A stretch of DNA of 64,000 nucleotides, from the NCBI GenBank assembly GCA_016296065.1, contig JAEDKA010000008.1, positions 10,180 to 74,179 on the forward strand, written 5' to 3'. The position numbers and the translations under genes were made by a program. Numbering within the stretch: the stretch's first letter is position 1; each line of letters begins with the position of its first letter. The notes beneath the pieces are model-generated. The model did no database searches, was not told the origin of the DNA, and was given only the letters and a program-made list of their open reading frames with translations. This DNA is from Kiritimatiellia bacterium (GTDB lineage: Bacteria; Verrucomicrobiota; Kiritimatiellia; RFP12; UBA1067). This document shows, one piece after another, positions 37,230-47,087 of this stretch.

Positions 37230-38280
37230 ACTCGACCACCTTTCCGACGGCATCCTCCTCGGACACCCTGCAAACCTGCTTACCACGAACGTACAAGACA
37301 AATTCACCGTCCGCGCCGCAAAGCGCTATGTCCGCGCCCTTCGCCTCGCCCGGACCGTTCACGACGCACCCCATGACAGCCACATGCGGAAGCTTCACGC
37401 CGTCCTTCGCCAGCGTCTCCAGCGCTATCTCGACCTGCGACGCGACATGCATAAGGTCGACCTTGGTGCGTCCGCACGTCGGACAAGACGTGATCGCCGG
37501 ACCAGGCGCGCGCAGTCCGAGCGCGCGCAAGATCTCCATGCCGACGCGCACTTCCTTCTCCGGCTTCGCCGTGAGCGAGACGCGTATCGTGTCGCCGATC
37601 CCCTCGCTCAGAAGGATCCCCAGCGCAACGGAATTCCTCACGGCGCCGGGGATGAGCGTGCCGGCCTCCGTCACGCCTACGTGCAGCGGACAGTCCGTCC
37701 GCTCCGCAAGAAGCCTGTACGTCGCGATCGTGTCCGGAACGTTCGACGCCTTTGCGGATATCACGACATCGCGGAAATCTTCGTCCTCAAGTATCTTCAG
37801 ATGCCCCATTGCGGACCTGACGAGCGCCTCGGGCACGCCAATCGCCCCCGCGTCAAGTTCGCCGCGAAGCCCCTTCTCGAGCGAGCCCAGGTTGACGCCG
37901 ATCCTTATCGGGACTTTCTTCGCCTTAGCCGCCCTCACTACGGCCTCGACCCTGTCGCGCGAGCCGATGTTGCCGGGGTTTATGCGCAGCGCGTCCGCCC
38001 CCGCCTCTATCGCCGCTAACGCGCAGCGGTAGTCGAAGTGTATGTCGGCGACGATCGGAATCGGCGAAGTGCGCCTCACCTCGCCCAGGACCTTCGCCGC
38101 GTCGACATCGGGAACCGTCAGCCTGAAGATGTCGCAGCCGAGCGCCGCGCATTCGGAAATCTGCGCGGAAAGCGCCGACGCGTCGTGCGGATCGGCGTTC
38201 GCCATCGACTGGACGCTCACCGGGGCACCCCCGCCCACGGCAACTCCGCCGACGTCAATTGCTCGCGTTGTCCGTCGCAT
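37210..38280 (-). CDS. ispG: 4-hydroxy-3-methylbut-2-enyl diphosphate synthase
   Basis: VGGGAPVSVQSM, RINPGNIG, ITSCPTCGR, VMGCVVNGPGE motifs. Start moved to MRRTTRAIDV. Confidence 0.9.
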   Translation of the reverse strand: MRRTTRAIDVGGVAVGGGAPVSVQSMANADPHDASALSAQISECAALGCDIFRLTVPDVDAAKVLGEVRRTSPIPIVADIHFDYRCALAAIEAGADALRINPGNIGSRDRVEAVVRAAKAKKVPIRIGVNLGSLEKGLRGELDAGAIGVPEALVRSAMGHLKILEDEDFRDVVISAKASNVPDTIATYRLLAERTDCPLHVGVTEAGTLIPGAVRNSVALGILLSEGIGDTIRVSLTAKPEKEVRVGMEILRALGLRAPGPAITSCPTCGRTKVDLMHVASQVEIALETLAKDGVKLPHVAVMGCVVNGPGEAKGADIALCGADGEFVLYVRGKQVCRVSEEDAVGKVVEYAVSLQ

Positions 38281-39436
38281 TGGTCCCCGTGTTCTCCCCG
38301 GCCGCGGCTCCAGCCGTCTCCGCGGCGTCCGGCTTGTAGGTGTGAATCCTCCAGCTCCTGTGCGCGTCACGGAAGATAAGCAGACCCATCGCGCCGAGGA
38401 GAAGGAACATGAAACCCGTGGAAAGCACGGCGACGATCCTCTCGGGAACGCGCCTGCGGAAGATTAGCGCGTAGAGCGCGAAGAGGATGAGCCCTCCGTC
38501 CAGCACGGGAATCGGCAGGAGGTTCAGCACCGCGAGGTTGACGTTGAGGAATCGCAGGAAACCCACGCCGTCCCAGAAATCGTGGCGGACCGACCTATAG
38601 ATGCCCTCGACGATCATCTGCGGCCCGCCGAGCGCCTTCGCCGTGTTCTTCGCCTCCTTCGGCGTGACGAGCCCCTTGAGGACGCGGAATATCGAGCCCG
38701 CGTCCCACGCGAGCTGCCTGAACGGATTGCGGTGCGGCATCCAGCTCGACGCGCCGTTCTCCTTCGGCACGCTCACCGCGTTGATCATGTAGATTCCCGT
38801 CACCTCGTCCGCCTCCGGCGTTACGAGCGCCGTGCGCTCCACTCCCGCCTCGTCGCGGAGAACAAGCTCCGTCTCCTGCGCGCCGACGATCTGGAACTCG
38901 ACCTGCATCTCCGACCAGTTGGCGACAGGCTTGCCTCCGACGGAAACCACCGTGTCGCCCTTCTTGATGCCGGCCTTCTCGGCGGGGCCGCCCTTGAGCG
39001 TGTAGGCGATCTTGGCGGGAAGCTCGCCGAACTTGACGGACGGAATCGCGGCGAGGGTGAACGCGAGCACCACGGCGAGGACCAGATTCATGCCAGGTCC
39101 AGCGACCGCGACGGCGATCTCCTTCCACGCAGGCACCTCCTTGCGCCCCCTTCCAGGTCCCTTCTTGCCATCCCCACCTCCCTCGAGCTTCTTCGTGCCC
39201 TCGGGATCGACGTCGGGAATCATGACGTATCCGCCAAGCGGAATCCAGCTTAGACGGTACTCGACGCCGCGCCATGTCTTCTTGACTATGGCAGGGCCGA
39301 ACCCGATCGAGAAGCGCTCGACCTTGAGCCCAAGCTTGAGCGCGACGATGAAGTGCCCGAACTCGTGAATCGCAATCGCGAGCGAGAAAAAGAGCACACA
39401 CAGGGCAATGTAGCCGATTGTTATTAAAATCTCCAT
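38255..39436 (-). CDS. rseP: RIP site-2 metalloprotease (M50, RseP-type, PDZ-containing)
   Basis: HEFGHFIVA zinc motif, internal PDZ (GIKKGDTVVSVGG), NLLPIPVLDGG. Confidence 0.85.
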   Translation of the reverse strand: MEILITIGYIALCVLFFSLAIAIHEFGHFIVALKLGLKVERFSIGFGPAIVKKTWRGVEYRLSWIPLGGYVMIPDVDPEGTKKLEGGGDGKKGPGRGRKEVPAWKEIAVAVAGPGMNLVLAVVLAFTLAAIPSVKFGELPAKIAYTLKGGPAEKAGIKKGDTVVSVGGKPVANWSEMQVEFQIVGAQETELVLRDEAGVERTALVTPEADEVTGIYMINAVSVPKENGASSWMPHRNPFRQLAWDAGSIFRVLKGLVTPKEAKNTAKALGGPQMIVEGIYRSVRHDFWDGVGFLRFLNVNLAVLNLLPIPVLDGGLILFALYALIFRRRVPERIVAVLSTGFMFLLLGAMGLLIFRDAHRSWRIHTYKPDAAETAGAAAGENTGTNATDNASN

Positions 39437-39530
39437 TTATCTGATGCTGTTCTGCTTTCTTCTTGAAACGACACTCCAACACAACGCACTGCCGGTCCTT
39501 TTCCACCGACAGCGGATGCATTGACTGAAT

Positions 39531-39539
39531 ATTATATCA
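39531..39539 (-). promoter_or_regulatory. Extended -10 TGATATAAT, 94 nt before the rseP ATG
   Basis: Read directly from the sequence. Confidence 0.4.
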
Positions 39540-39586
39540 AACTTTTGCAGAGGTTGACGGGTGAAGGTTTACAAAAGTTCACGCAA

Positions 39587-41074
39587 CTACATCATGGGGT
39601 CGGGGGAGAACTCGCCTTGCATGGGCTCAGGCTCGGACGACTGGAACGCCTCGACGCCGGCATGCTCTATGGGCCTGTCACCGAAGCGCGTGAACTCGCG
39701 GTAGAAGTTCACCTTCACCTCTCCGATTTCGCCGTTGCGGTTCTTCGCGACGTCTATGATGGCGAGCTGCTCGTCCGCAGCGTCCTTCGACGTGGCGGTA
39801 CGCGACGGGCGGCGCAGCAGGAACACGACGTCCGCGTCCTGCTCGATGGCGCCCGAGTCGCGGAGGTCCGAGAGCTTCGGCTTCTCCTCCTTGTCGCCGC
39901 GCTGCTCGTTGGCGCGGGAGAGCTGGGAGAGGACTATCACCGGTATCTTCAGCTCCTTCGCCATGGCCTTGATCTGCTGGGAGATCATCGAGACCTCTAT
40001 CTGGCGGCTTCCCATGCGGGCAGCCTCGCGACAGGTGCACAGCTGCAGGTAGTCGATCACAATGAGCTCGATGCCGTGCTGCTTCTTCGCGCGGCGCGCA
40101 CGGGCGCGGAGATCCATGACGTCAAGCCCGGCAGTGTCGTCGACGATGAGGTTCGCGCCCCTGAGCTCCTCGGCCGCGATGGAAAGGTTCTGGAGAAGCC
40201 TGCGCTTCTCGTCCTTCGTGCACAGTCCGCGGTTGAGTCGCCACGTGTTCACCTGCGCCCTTCCGGCGATCATGCGCTTCGCGAGAGCCTCGACGGGCAT
40301 TTCCAGCGAGAATATCATCACCGGATGCCGCTTGCCGTCGTCGGTCTTCACCGGCACGTTGTTCATGTCGAGCCCCAGCGCACAGCTCTCCGCGATGTTC
40401 ATCGCAAGCGAGGTCTTGCCGACCGACGGACGCGCGGCGATGACGATCATTTCGGAATTCTTGAGCCCCTGCAGCTTCTCGTCTAGGTGCGTAAGGCCGG
40501 TGGAGAGGCCTTCGAGCGTCTTTCCGTTCGAGTCGAACATCGCGTCGATGCGCTGGAAGCTGAGGTCGATCGCCGACGCCCACGGCATCGTCGTGTCGCC
40601 GCGCACGCCGATTTCGAGAAACGACTTCTCGGCGTCGCCGAGAACTGCCTGCGCGTCAGGATACTCCCTTTCGTCGAAGCACTTCTCGATCGTCTTCGTG
40701 GCGCTCTCGATCATCGTGCGCCTAAGGTGCTTGCCGAGGATGATGTTCATGTAGTACTCGGCGTGCGCCGTGGTCGGCGTCTGGTCGATCAGCGTCTGGA
40801 TGTACGCCGCGCCGCCGACGGCCTCGAGCGTCCCCGCCTTCATCAGCTCCTCGGTGAGCGTAAGCGCGTCCAGCGGCTTCGACTCGCGGGCCATGCGCTG
40901 CATGGCGGCGTAGATGGTGCGGTTGCGTGGATCGAAAAACGACTCCGGCACGACCCCTGCGGACTGGCACAGGTCCATGACGCGCTCGTCGCGTCCGGTG
41001 GTGTCCAAAAGAATGGAGCCAATGACGGCTCTCTCTGCCTCAATGCTGTTAGGCGGCGTCTTCATGTCGTTCAT
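39587..41074 (-). CDS. dnaB: Replicative DNA helicase
   Basis: PNSIEAERAVIGS N-terminus, ARPSVGKTS Walker A, LIVIDYLQL, SQLSR. Start moved to MNDMK, 7 nt downstream of TGGTATAAT. Confidence 0.92.
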   Translation of the reverse strand: MNDMKTPPNSIEAERAVIGSILLDTTGRDERVMDLCQSAGVVPESFFDPRNRTIYAAMQRMARESKPLDALTLTEELMKAGTLEAVGGAAYIQTLIDQTPTTAHAEYYMNIILGKHLRRTMIESATKTIEKCFDEREYPDAQAVLGDAEKSFLEIGVRGDTTMPWASAIDLSFQRIDAMFDSNGKTLEGLSTGLTHLDEKLQGLKNSEMIVIAARPSVGKTSLAMNIAESCALGLDMNNVPVKTDDGKRHPVMIFSLEMPVEALAKRMIAGRAQVNTWRLNRGLCTKDEKRRLLQNLSIAAEELRGANLIVDDTAGLDVMDLRARARRAKKQHGIELIVIDYLQLCTCREAARMGSRQIEVSMISQQIKAMAKELKIPVIVLSQLSRANEQRGDKEEKPKLSDLRDSGAIEQDADVVFLLRRPSRTATSKDAADEQLAIIDVAKNRNGEIGEVKVNFYREFTRFGDRPIEHAGVEAFQSSEPEPMQGEFSPDPMM

Positions 41075-41081
41075 GCCCCCC

Positions 41082-41090
41082 ATTATACCA
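41082..41090 (-). promoter_or_regulatory. Extended -10 TGGTATAAT, 7 nt before the dnaB ATG 41074
   Basis: Read directly from the sequence. Confidence 0.6.
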
Positions 41091-41118
41091 AACGCCCCCA
41101 AGTCGACGCGCCGCAAAA

Positions 41119-41158
41119 TGTCTACAGATGTCTAAAGGTTGTCGACATGTTGTCTACA
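41119..41158. promoter_or_regulatory. Four direct repeats TGTC(T/G)A(C/A)A starting at 41119, 41129, 41140 and 41151 (10-11 bp phasing), upstream of the dnaB -10 box
   Basis: Read directly from the sequence. Confidence 0.5.
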
Positions 41159-41191
41159 GCCCCTGCGCCAAATTGCGCCGCCGCAAAGCCA

Positions 41192-42172
41192 CTATTTTGG
41201 CAGCGCGTCGATTATCGAGGCGCTGACGGGGAACGCGGTCCCGTGACGGATGCCCCTGGGGAACGAAACTTCCCTGGATACGTCGCGCCACGTCCTGCCG
41301 AGGTCGTCGGAACGCACCGCGCCGTAGCGTCCCCTCCTGTAGCAGTCGAAGTACACGAAGATCGAGCCGCCAACCATGAGCGCACTCGGACCCTCCACCC
41401 AGTTGCCAGTTATCGGCGCGAGCGCCGCATCGCCGGGAATATCGGCGGACAGGTCGTCGATCCACACCGGACGGATGTTCTTCTCCACTGGAGTGTGGTT
41501 CTCGTTCTTTACGACCATGAGCCATTTCTTCTCCCCTCCCGGAACGCGCAGAAGGGCCGCGTCAATCGCGCTGAACTTCGGATTGAACCAAAGCCGCGTC
41601 GGAGTGAACTCCTTCCAGTCGCGCGTGGTCGTGAGGTAGATGCGGTGGTTCAACCCAGCCTCCTTCTCGCCCATACCCGAAATCTCGGAATGCCTCCCCG
41701 GGATAGTCGTCGCCCAGTAGATGTAGAAAAGACCGTCGTCCGGATTGTACGTCACTTCGGGCGCCCAGGTGTTTCGTGCCGTCGGTTCGTGCCCCATAAC
41801 GGGGAGTGCGCGCTGCTCGGACCAGTGGACGAGATCCTTCGACGACGCGTAGCCGATGATCCTGTCGTGCCAGCTCGAAGTCCACACCATATGGAACGTC
41901 CCGTCCGGCCCCTGGCAGATGGACGGATCGCGCATAAGCTTGTCATTCCCCACTTCCGGCACAAGGAACGGCCTGTCGCCGTTAAGCGCCGTCCATGAAA
42001 GGCCGTCGCGGGAATAGGCAAGGTGCAGTCCGGCCGCCTCGCCCTTCCTGTCTCCGTAGCCGTTGTTGCTGAAGTAGGCGAAAAGGTAGGCGCCGCCGTC
42101 CGCAGCGCGGACGGCGGATATGCCGGCAGACAGCATGGCAGCTGCAACGATGTATTTGATTATAGGGCTCAT
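41192..42172 (-). CDS. Glycoside hydrolase family 43-like five-bladed propeller, secreted
   Basis: 326 aa. Signal peptide. LHLAYSRDGLSW, MRDPSI, FHMVW repeats. Confidence 0.6.
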   Translation of the reverse strand: MSPIIKYIVAAAMLSAGISAVRAADGGAYLFAYFSNNGYGDRKGEAAGLHLAYSRDGLSWTALNGDRPFLVPEVGNDKLMRDPSICQGPDGTFHMVWTSSWHDRIIGYASSKDLVHWSEQRALPVMGHEPTARNTWAPEVTYNPDDGLFYIYWATTIPGRHSEISGMGEKEAGLNHRIYLTTTRDWKEFTPTRLWFNPKFSAIDAALLRVPGGEKKWLMVVKNENHTPVEKNIRPVWIDDLSADIPGDAALAPITGNWVEGPSALMVGGSIFVYFDCYRRGRYGAVRSDDLGRTWRDVSREVSFPRGIRHGTAFPVSASIIDALPK

Positions 42173-42181
42173 TGTGCCGAC

Positions 42182-42190
42182 ATTATAGCA
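42182..42190 (-). promoter_or_regulatory. Extended -10 TGCTATAAT, 9 nt before the GH43 ATG 42172
   Basis: Read directly from the sequence. Confidence 0.6.
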
Positions 42191-42232
42191 CAGAGCCGCA
42201 GCCCTGCACCATACCCCTTTTGGGGCATTGGG

Positions 42233-44716
42233 CTAGTCGAGGCGCAGATAGTCGAAGTCGGCGTGTCCGCCGGGGGCCTTCGTGGAGTACATGAAGAGCG
42301 CGAAGCGGTAGCCCGTGAAGTGCGGAATGGTGTAGACGAGGCCGATGCTGCGTCCGATCGGAAGCCACGTCTGCCCGTCGGCGGAGTAGAAGAAGCGTCC
42401 GAGATCGGAGCCCGCAGGATTCCCCCTGAAGTCCGCACCAGGCAGACGAGTGAAGTCTCCCGTCGCCTTGAGGTGCACCTCGCGGACGCCCTTCGGCAGC
42501 TTCGCGCGCGCAATCTCCCTCACCTTGCCCTGCGGCGCATGCCGCAGCACGACAAAGAAGTCTTCACCCTCCTTCACCACCGCAGCCTCGGCGTACTCGC
42601 GCTGGAAGAGCGCAAGGCCGGCGCAGTCGCCGTCGTTGAGCGCCGAAACATCCACCTTCGTGGTCGCTCGGCAGGTCGGACCCCAGCAGCGCTGCGTGAG
42701 CGAGTTGCGCGCCATGTCGAGCGAGGCGTCGGTCCTGTCCGTGCGCAGGCGCATCCACCCCTCGCGCTCGACAAGGGACCAGAGCGCGTCTGCCGGATTG
42801 TGGTTCCACTGCCAGACGGGGCCGAGCGCCTTCTCGCCGAACTCGTCGGACGCAACGACGCCGGGGATTCCGCCCTTCGACGGATGCAGGCATTCTTCGG
42901 CCTTCACGACGGGCCAGCCGTCGCGCCACTCGACCGGAAGCATGTACGGACAGCGTCCGACCGCGCCTCTGTCGCCGAAGAGGTACGCGTACCACTTTCC
43001 GTCAGGCGAGTCGATGAACGAGCCCTGCGCGATGCCCTCGTGCTGAAAGACAATCCTCCCCTCCCAGGGACCCTTCATGGTCCGCGAACGGTGAACGATC
43101 ACGGTGCGGCACTTTCCGCGCGGCCAGCCGATGTTGACGAGATAGTACATCCCGTCATGCTTGAAGACCTGCGAACCCTCGCCGAGCCCGGAACCTCCCG
43201 CGCAGTCCGTGACGTTGTCAAGCACGATCTCGCCTCCGTCGACAAAGCCGGAGAAGTCGCTCTTCATCTCCGTGAGGCGCACCTTGTACGGACGCCCCGG
43301 GACTGTCGCATAGACCCAGAAGCGCCCGTCCTCGATCCAAAGCGACTCGTCGTACTGCTTAGGGTGCAGGCGGAAGAACTCCCATCCGCCCTTCTCCGGG
43401 TCCCTGCAGCGGAAGAAGTAGGTCGCATCAACCTTGTTGTTGAAGCTTGTCACGTAGAAGCAGTCCGTCTTCTCGTCGTACCTTATCGAACTCGCCCACG
43501 TCCCGAGCATGTAGTCGCTCTCGCCGTTCTCGAGCCTGTCCTTCGGACGGTTCTCGACCGTCGCGTAGCAGTAGCTCGCGATCTTCCAGTCCGCGAGATT
43601 CTCCGAGACCATCACGGGGATTCCCGGATTGAAGTGCATCGTCGTGGAGACCATGTAGTACTTGTCACCCTTGCGGCACATCGCGATGTCAGGAACATCC
43701 GCCCAGAGCGTCGGCTCGATAGAACCATGGACGGAGATGCCGGCCTTCGTCTGGGGAATGTACGGAATCGACCCGTCCGCTCCACGCTCGTAGCGCTCTA
43801 CGCAGAAGCTCCTGCGGCAGTCCGCGCCGTTCGGAAGGTTCGCGTTGTGGTAGAACATGTACCACTGCCCCTTGAAGAAGACGCTCCCGCCGTGGATCGT
43901 CCCGGTGTTCTCAGGCTCGTCCATGATGCGGCCGCGGTAGGTCCACGGACCGTGCACCGACTTCGCGGTCGAATACGCCCAATGCTCCGGCACCCCGCCC
44001 GCCGCGTACTCAAGGTAGTACGTGTCGCCGAGCTTGTAGATCCACGGCGCCTCCTCGAAGTTCGTGTCGATCGGCTTGCGCGCGCCCGCTCCGCGCGCCT
44101 TCTTTAGCGGCTTGCCGAACGCGGACTCGTCCATGAGTCCGGGCACCGGCCTTATCTCGCCCGCGCACTCGACCATGTTGTCCTTGAGCTCGACATACCA
44201 GCACCCAGGATCTCCTCCGCAGTTGCCCCAGAAGAGATACGCCTTCCCGTCGTCGTCGATGAAGACGCTCGGATCTATGAAGCCCCAGCCGTTGCCCACG
44301 ACAGACCTGCCGATCGGATCGGTCCACGGCCCCTCCACCGAGTCAGCCGTCGCTACGCCTATCGCGTCGCGTCCGGTCTTCCCGTCCTGCACGGCGACGT
44401 ACCAGTACCATTTGCCGTCGCGCTTTATCGCCTGCGACGCCCACGCCTTGTCGCCCTGGCGCGCCCACTTGAAGGTCGATGTGTCCATCACGATGCCGAA
44501 GTCGACCCAGTCGGTCATGTTCGTCGTGCCGAACACCTGCCAGTCCTTCATGTGGTATCCGCGGGCGTCCGGCTCATCGTGGCCCGTGAAGACGTAGAGC
44601 CAGTCCCCGTCCACTACGGGGGCCGGATCTGGAGTGAATCTGCTCTTGACGACGGGATTTGTTCCGTCGTAGCCGGCAAGGGCGGCGGCAGCCGCAAGCA
44701 TTGTTACGATGTTCAT
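42233..44716 (-). CDS. Two-module GH43 enzyme (beta-xylosidase/alpha-L-arabinofuranosidase type) with C-terminal concanavalin-like domain
   Basis: FTPDPAPVV..., AIGVATADSVEGPW. A second propeller begins WADVPDIAMCRKGDKYYMVSTT. Start moved to MNIVTML, 6 nt downstream of TGGTATAAT. Confidence 0.75.
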   Translation of the reverse strand: MNIVTMLAAAAALAGYDGTNPVVKSRFTPDPAPVVDGDWLYVFTGHDEPDARGYHMKDWQVFGTTNMTDWVDFGIVMDTSTFKWARQGDKAWASQAIKRDGKWYWYVAVQDGKTGRDAIGVATADSVEGPWTDPIGRSVVGNGWGFIDPSVFIDDDGKAYLFWGNCGGDPGCWYVELKDNMVECAGEIRPVPGLMDESAFGKPLKKARGAGARKPIDTNFEEAPWIYKLGDTYYLEYAAGGVPEHWAYSTAKSVHGPWTYRGRIMDEPENTGTIHGGSVFFKGQWYMFYHNANLPNGADCRRSFCVERYERGADGSIPYIPQTKAGISVHGSIEPTLWADVPDIAMCRKGDKYYMVSTTMHFNPGIPVMVSENLADWKIASYCYATVENRPKDRLENGESDYMLGTWASSIRYDEKTDCFYVTSFNNKVDATYFFRCRDPEKGGWEFFRLHPKQYDESLWIEDGRFWVYATVPGRPYKVRLTEMKSDFSGFVDGGEIVLDNVTDCAGGSGLGEGSQVFKHDGMYYLVNIGWPRGKCRTVIVHRSRTMKGPWEGRIVFQHEGIAQGSFIDSPDGKWYAYLFGDRGAVGRCPYMLPVEWRDGWPVVKAEECLHPSKGGIPGVVASDEFGEKALGPVWQWNHNPADALWSLVEREGWMRLRTDRTDASLDMARNSLTQRCWGPTCRATTKVDVSALNDGDCAGLALFQREYAEAAVVKEGEDFFVVLRHAPQGKVREIARAKLPKGVREVHLKATGDFTRLPGADFRGNPAGSDLGRFFYSADGQTWLPIGRSIGLVYTIPHFTGYRFALFMYSTKAPGGHADFDYLRLD

Positions 44717-44722
44717 GCCGCC

Positions 44723-44731
44723 ATTATACCA
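44723..44731 (-). promoter_or_regulatory. Extended -10 TGGTATAAT, 6 nt before the GH43 ATG 44716
   Basis: Read directly from the sequence. Confidence 0.6.
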
Positions 44732-44798
44732 AACCCCGCCGCCAAACGCACTAACCCAAATGGGGGGCGGCAACCGAGGAAAGTTGCGCAATAAGGCG

Positions 44799-46430
44799 TC
44801 AAAGTTCCCGCACAAGCGCGAGCGACCAGGGCGAGAGCGTACGGCGGAGGACAAGCCTGCCGTCGCCGTCCGCCCTGACGATCTCGCGCAGCGTCGCGTC
44901 GCCGGCCGCCCTGAGCGCTGCCGTCTCTTCACGCGTGGGCGAGCGCGGCGAACCCATCGCGCGCCACGCCTTGATTGCGTTGCCGTGATCGTCGTCGAGC
45001 GTCTCTATCTCGAACGCCGCGCCTTTCGCAAGGCCGGTCAGCGTCAGGTCGAGCTCCATCGGCGAGGCTTCCATGTACCTGCCGCAGTCGGACGTCGCGG
45101 GCACGTGGCTTTCGTATTCATTCGGGTAGGCGTATGCGAGCGCGGCACATTTGCCGCGCTTTGCGTCGCGCGTCACCGTCACGTTGCCGGCGTTCCAGAG
45201 AAGTTCGTCGCCGAGCGAGTTCATCATGCGGTATGCGTGGTAGGACGGCTTCGCGACGCCCTGGAAGTTAAGCATGCCGAATCCCCCGTGGAAGATGTCC
45301 TTGCCGCCGCCCTTCTCCTCGAAAATGTCCGTAAAGGTCCAGTACATGAGCGAATCGACCTTGCCCACGTTCTCGAGCGAGACCTTTGCGATGTAGGCGG
45401 CGGGCGGAAGCGTGTCGTGCAGCGCGTCGCGGCTGTTCGGCGACGTGCTCCACTCGGTGATGTGGATTTCCGCGTTCGGATAGGCGCTCGCGGAGAGCGT
45501 CTTTTTGAGATACGCGAAGTCGTCACGCACGGAATGGACGTAGCGGATCGCGTTCTTGCCGCGCCCCGACACGGGATCGAGCGCGTAGTCCGTCGGATAC
45601 GTATGGCACGAAATGAAATCGACCGGAAGCTTCTCCTTCTCGCAGAACGCGAGGAACTCTTCTATCCAGACGCCCTTCCATTCCTGGTCGTTGATCGTCT
45701 CCTGCGGATAGAACACGCTCTTCTTGTTGTCCTGTATCTCGCCCTCGTGCCGCGCGTCGGCGATGAAGTTCGAGGTGGCGGGTCCGCCGACCTTGAGCGA
45801 CGGATGCACCGCCTTGACCGCCCGCGCGCTTTCCGCGTAGAGCCGGAAGTAGTCGCTCTTCGTCCCCTCGAGGAATCCGCGGTAGAGATTCGGTTCGTTC
45901 CAGACCTCGAAGTACCACTTCTGGATCTCCTCAAGGCCATAGCGGTCGACGAGGTGCCGGACAAACGCCTTGCAGAGGTCGTGCCACGCGCCGAACTTCT
46001 CCCTGTCGACCGTGATGCAGTTGCGGTACCACATCTGCTTTATCGTGTTTGTCGCCGCGAGGCACGACGGAAAGAACGAGAACTCCACGAACGGCCTTAC
46101 GCCCTCCGCGATCATCCTGTCGTATACCTCGTCGATGTACTGCCAGTTGTAGACGATCGAGCCGTTCTTCTGCGGGAAGCAGACGAACATGTCGTCGTTG
46201 AACGTGTCGTGCATGCGCACGTAGCGGAAGCCGCATTCCGCCTTCGCGCGCACGAGGTGTTCGTGCCACGCCGCGCGCAGCCCCTCGTTGACGCGTCCCG
46301 CGCCGACGCCGAAGCTCCAGTAGTGCTCAAGCGGCGAACCCTTTGCGCCGACATCGACGACAATCGGCGCGGCGTTCAGCGAAATCGCGGCGACCGCCGC
46401 GGCGAGAAGAGACAGAGTACGTGTTTTCAT
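44799..46430 (-). CDS. Glycoside hydrolase family 39 (beta-xylosidase-like), secreted
   Basis: WYFEVWNEPNL acid/base block and IHITEWSTS nucleophile block. Start moved to MKTRTLS, 6 nt downstream of TATAAT. Confidence 0.75.
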   Translation of the reverse strand: MKTRTLSLLAAAVAAISLNAAPIVVDVGAKGSPLEHYWSFGVGAGRVNEGLRAAWHEHLVRAKAECGFRYVRMHDTFNDDMFVCFPQKNGSIVYNWQYIDEVYDRMIAEGVRPFVEFSFFPSCLAATNTIKQMWYRNCITVDREKFGAWHDLCKAFVRHLVDRYGLEEIQKWYFEVWNEPNLYRGFLEGTKSDYFRLYAESARAVKAVHPSLKVGGPATSNFIADARHEGEIQDNKKSVFYPQETINDQEWKGVWIEEFLAFCEKEKLPVDFISCHTYPTDYALDPVSGRGKNAIRYVHSVRDDFAYLKKTLSASAYPNAEIHITEWSTSPNSRDALHDTLPPAAYIAKVSLENVGKVDSLMYWTFTDIFEEKGGGKDIFHGGFGMLNFQGVAKPSYHAYRMMNSLGDELLWNAGNVTVTRDAKRGKCAALAYAYPNEYESHVPATSDCGRYMEASPMELDLTLTGLAKGAAFEIETLDDDHGNAIKAWRAMGSPRSPTREETAALRAAGDATLREIVRADGDGRLVLRRTLSPWSLALVREL

Positions 46431-46436
46431 GCCTCC

Positions 46437-46442
46437 ATTATA
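46437..46442 (-). promoter_or_regulatory. -10 TATAAT, 6 nt before the GH39 ATG 46430
   Basis: Read directly from the sequence. Confidence 0.55.
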
Positions 46443-46464
46443 AGGCATAAGCCACCGCCCCGCC

Positions 46465-46482
46465 ATCCCCCCATGAAGGGAT
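46465..46482. promoter_or_regulatory. ATCCC-N8-GGGAT inverted repeat, 22 nt upstream of the GH39 -10 box
   Basis: atccccccatgaagggat. Confidence 0.55.
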
Positions 46483-47087
46483 TACGCCCGCAGGAGGCCG
46501 AGCTCGAAGGCGCGGGTGATTGCGCCGGCGGTGTTCTGCACCTCGAGCTTCTGCAGAATGGATTTCGCGTGGGTCTTGACGGTCTCGAGTCCGATGCCGA
46601 GGATTATGGACGTCTCCTCGCGGCTCTTCCCCTGCGCGAGCCACTTGAGCACATCCATCTCGCGCTGCGTCAGCAGGGAGTCCTGCGGCTGCTCCGGCGC
46701 AGAATCCTCGATGAAAACGTTCCGCTCCGAAAGTATGCGCCTGATCGCGGTGACGAGTCCGTGGCGCTTCGTGGACTTGGAGATGTATCCGCTCGCACCC
46801 TCGGCCTTCGCGCGCTCAAGCTCCATGCGGAGAGGCATTCCGGCGAGGAAGAGCACCTTGATGTCCGGATACCACACCTTCATCTCCTTGAAGACGTCGA
46901 AACCGCTGCCGCCGGGCATGCGAATGTCCATCAAGACGATGTCGGGATGCACCTTCGCCTTGAAGAACGAAATGGCCTCCGTGCCGTCCGATGCGAGCGC
47001 GCAGACCTCGAAGCCCGCGGCGTCCAGCATCGCCTCAAGCCCTTCCCTGACCATCGGGTGGTCGTCGACAACCATTACCTTGCTCAT
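46482..47087 (-). CDS. NarL/LuxR-family response regulator
   Basis: VMVVDDHPMVREG, DIVLMDIRMPG, C-terminal LTQREMDVLKWLAQGKSREE HTH. GGAGGAGG SD. ATG overlaps the upstream stop (ATGA). Confidence 0.85.
   Translation of the reverse strand: MSKVMVVDDHPMVREGLEAMLDAAGFEVCALASDGTEAISFFKAKVHPDIVLMDIRMPGGSGFDVFKEMKVWYPDIKVLFLAGMPLRMELERAKAEGASGYISKSTKRHGLVTAIRRILSERNVFIEDSAPEQPQDSLLTQREMDVLKWLAQGKSREETSIILGIGLETVKTHAKSILQKLEVQNTAGAITRAFELGLLRA

Noticed and set aside
39437-39586. Possible small RNA or tRNA in the 150-bp dnaB-rseP gap (and in the gaps at 50847-51139 and 61135-61282)
   Set aside because: I could not find a cloverleaf or any conserved RNA motif by eye. The first gap is explained by a promoter plus a ~90-nt leader, and the second by the repeat elements.
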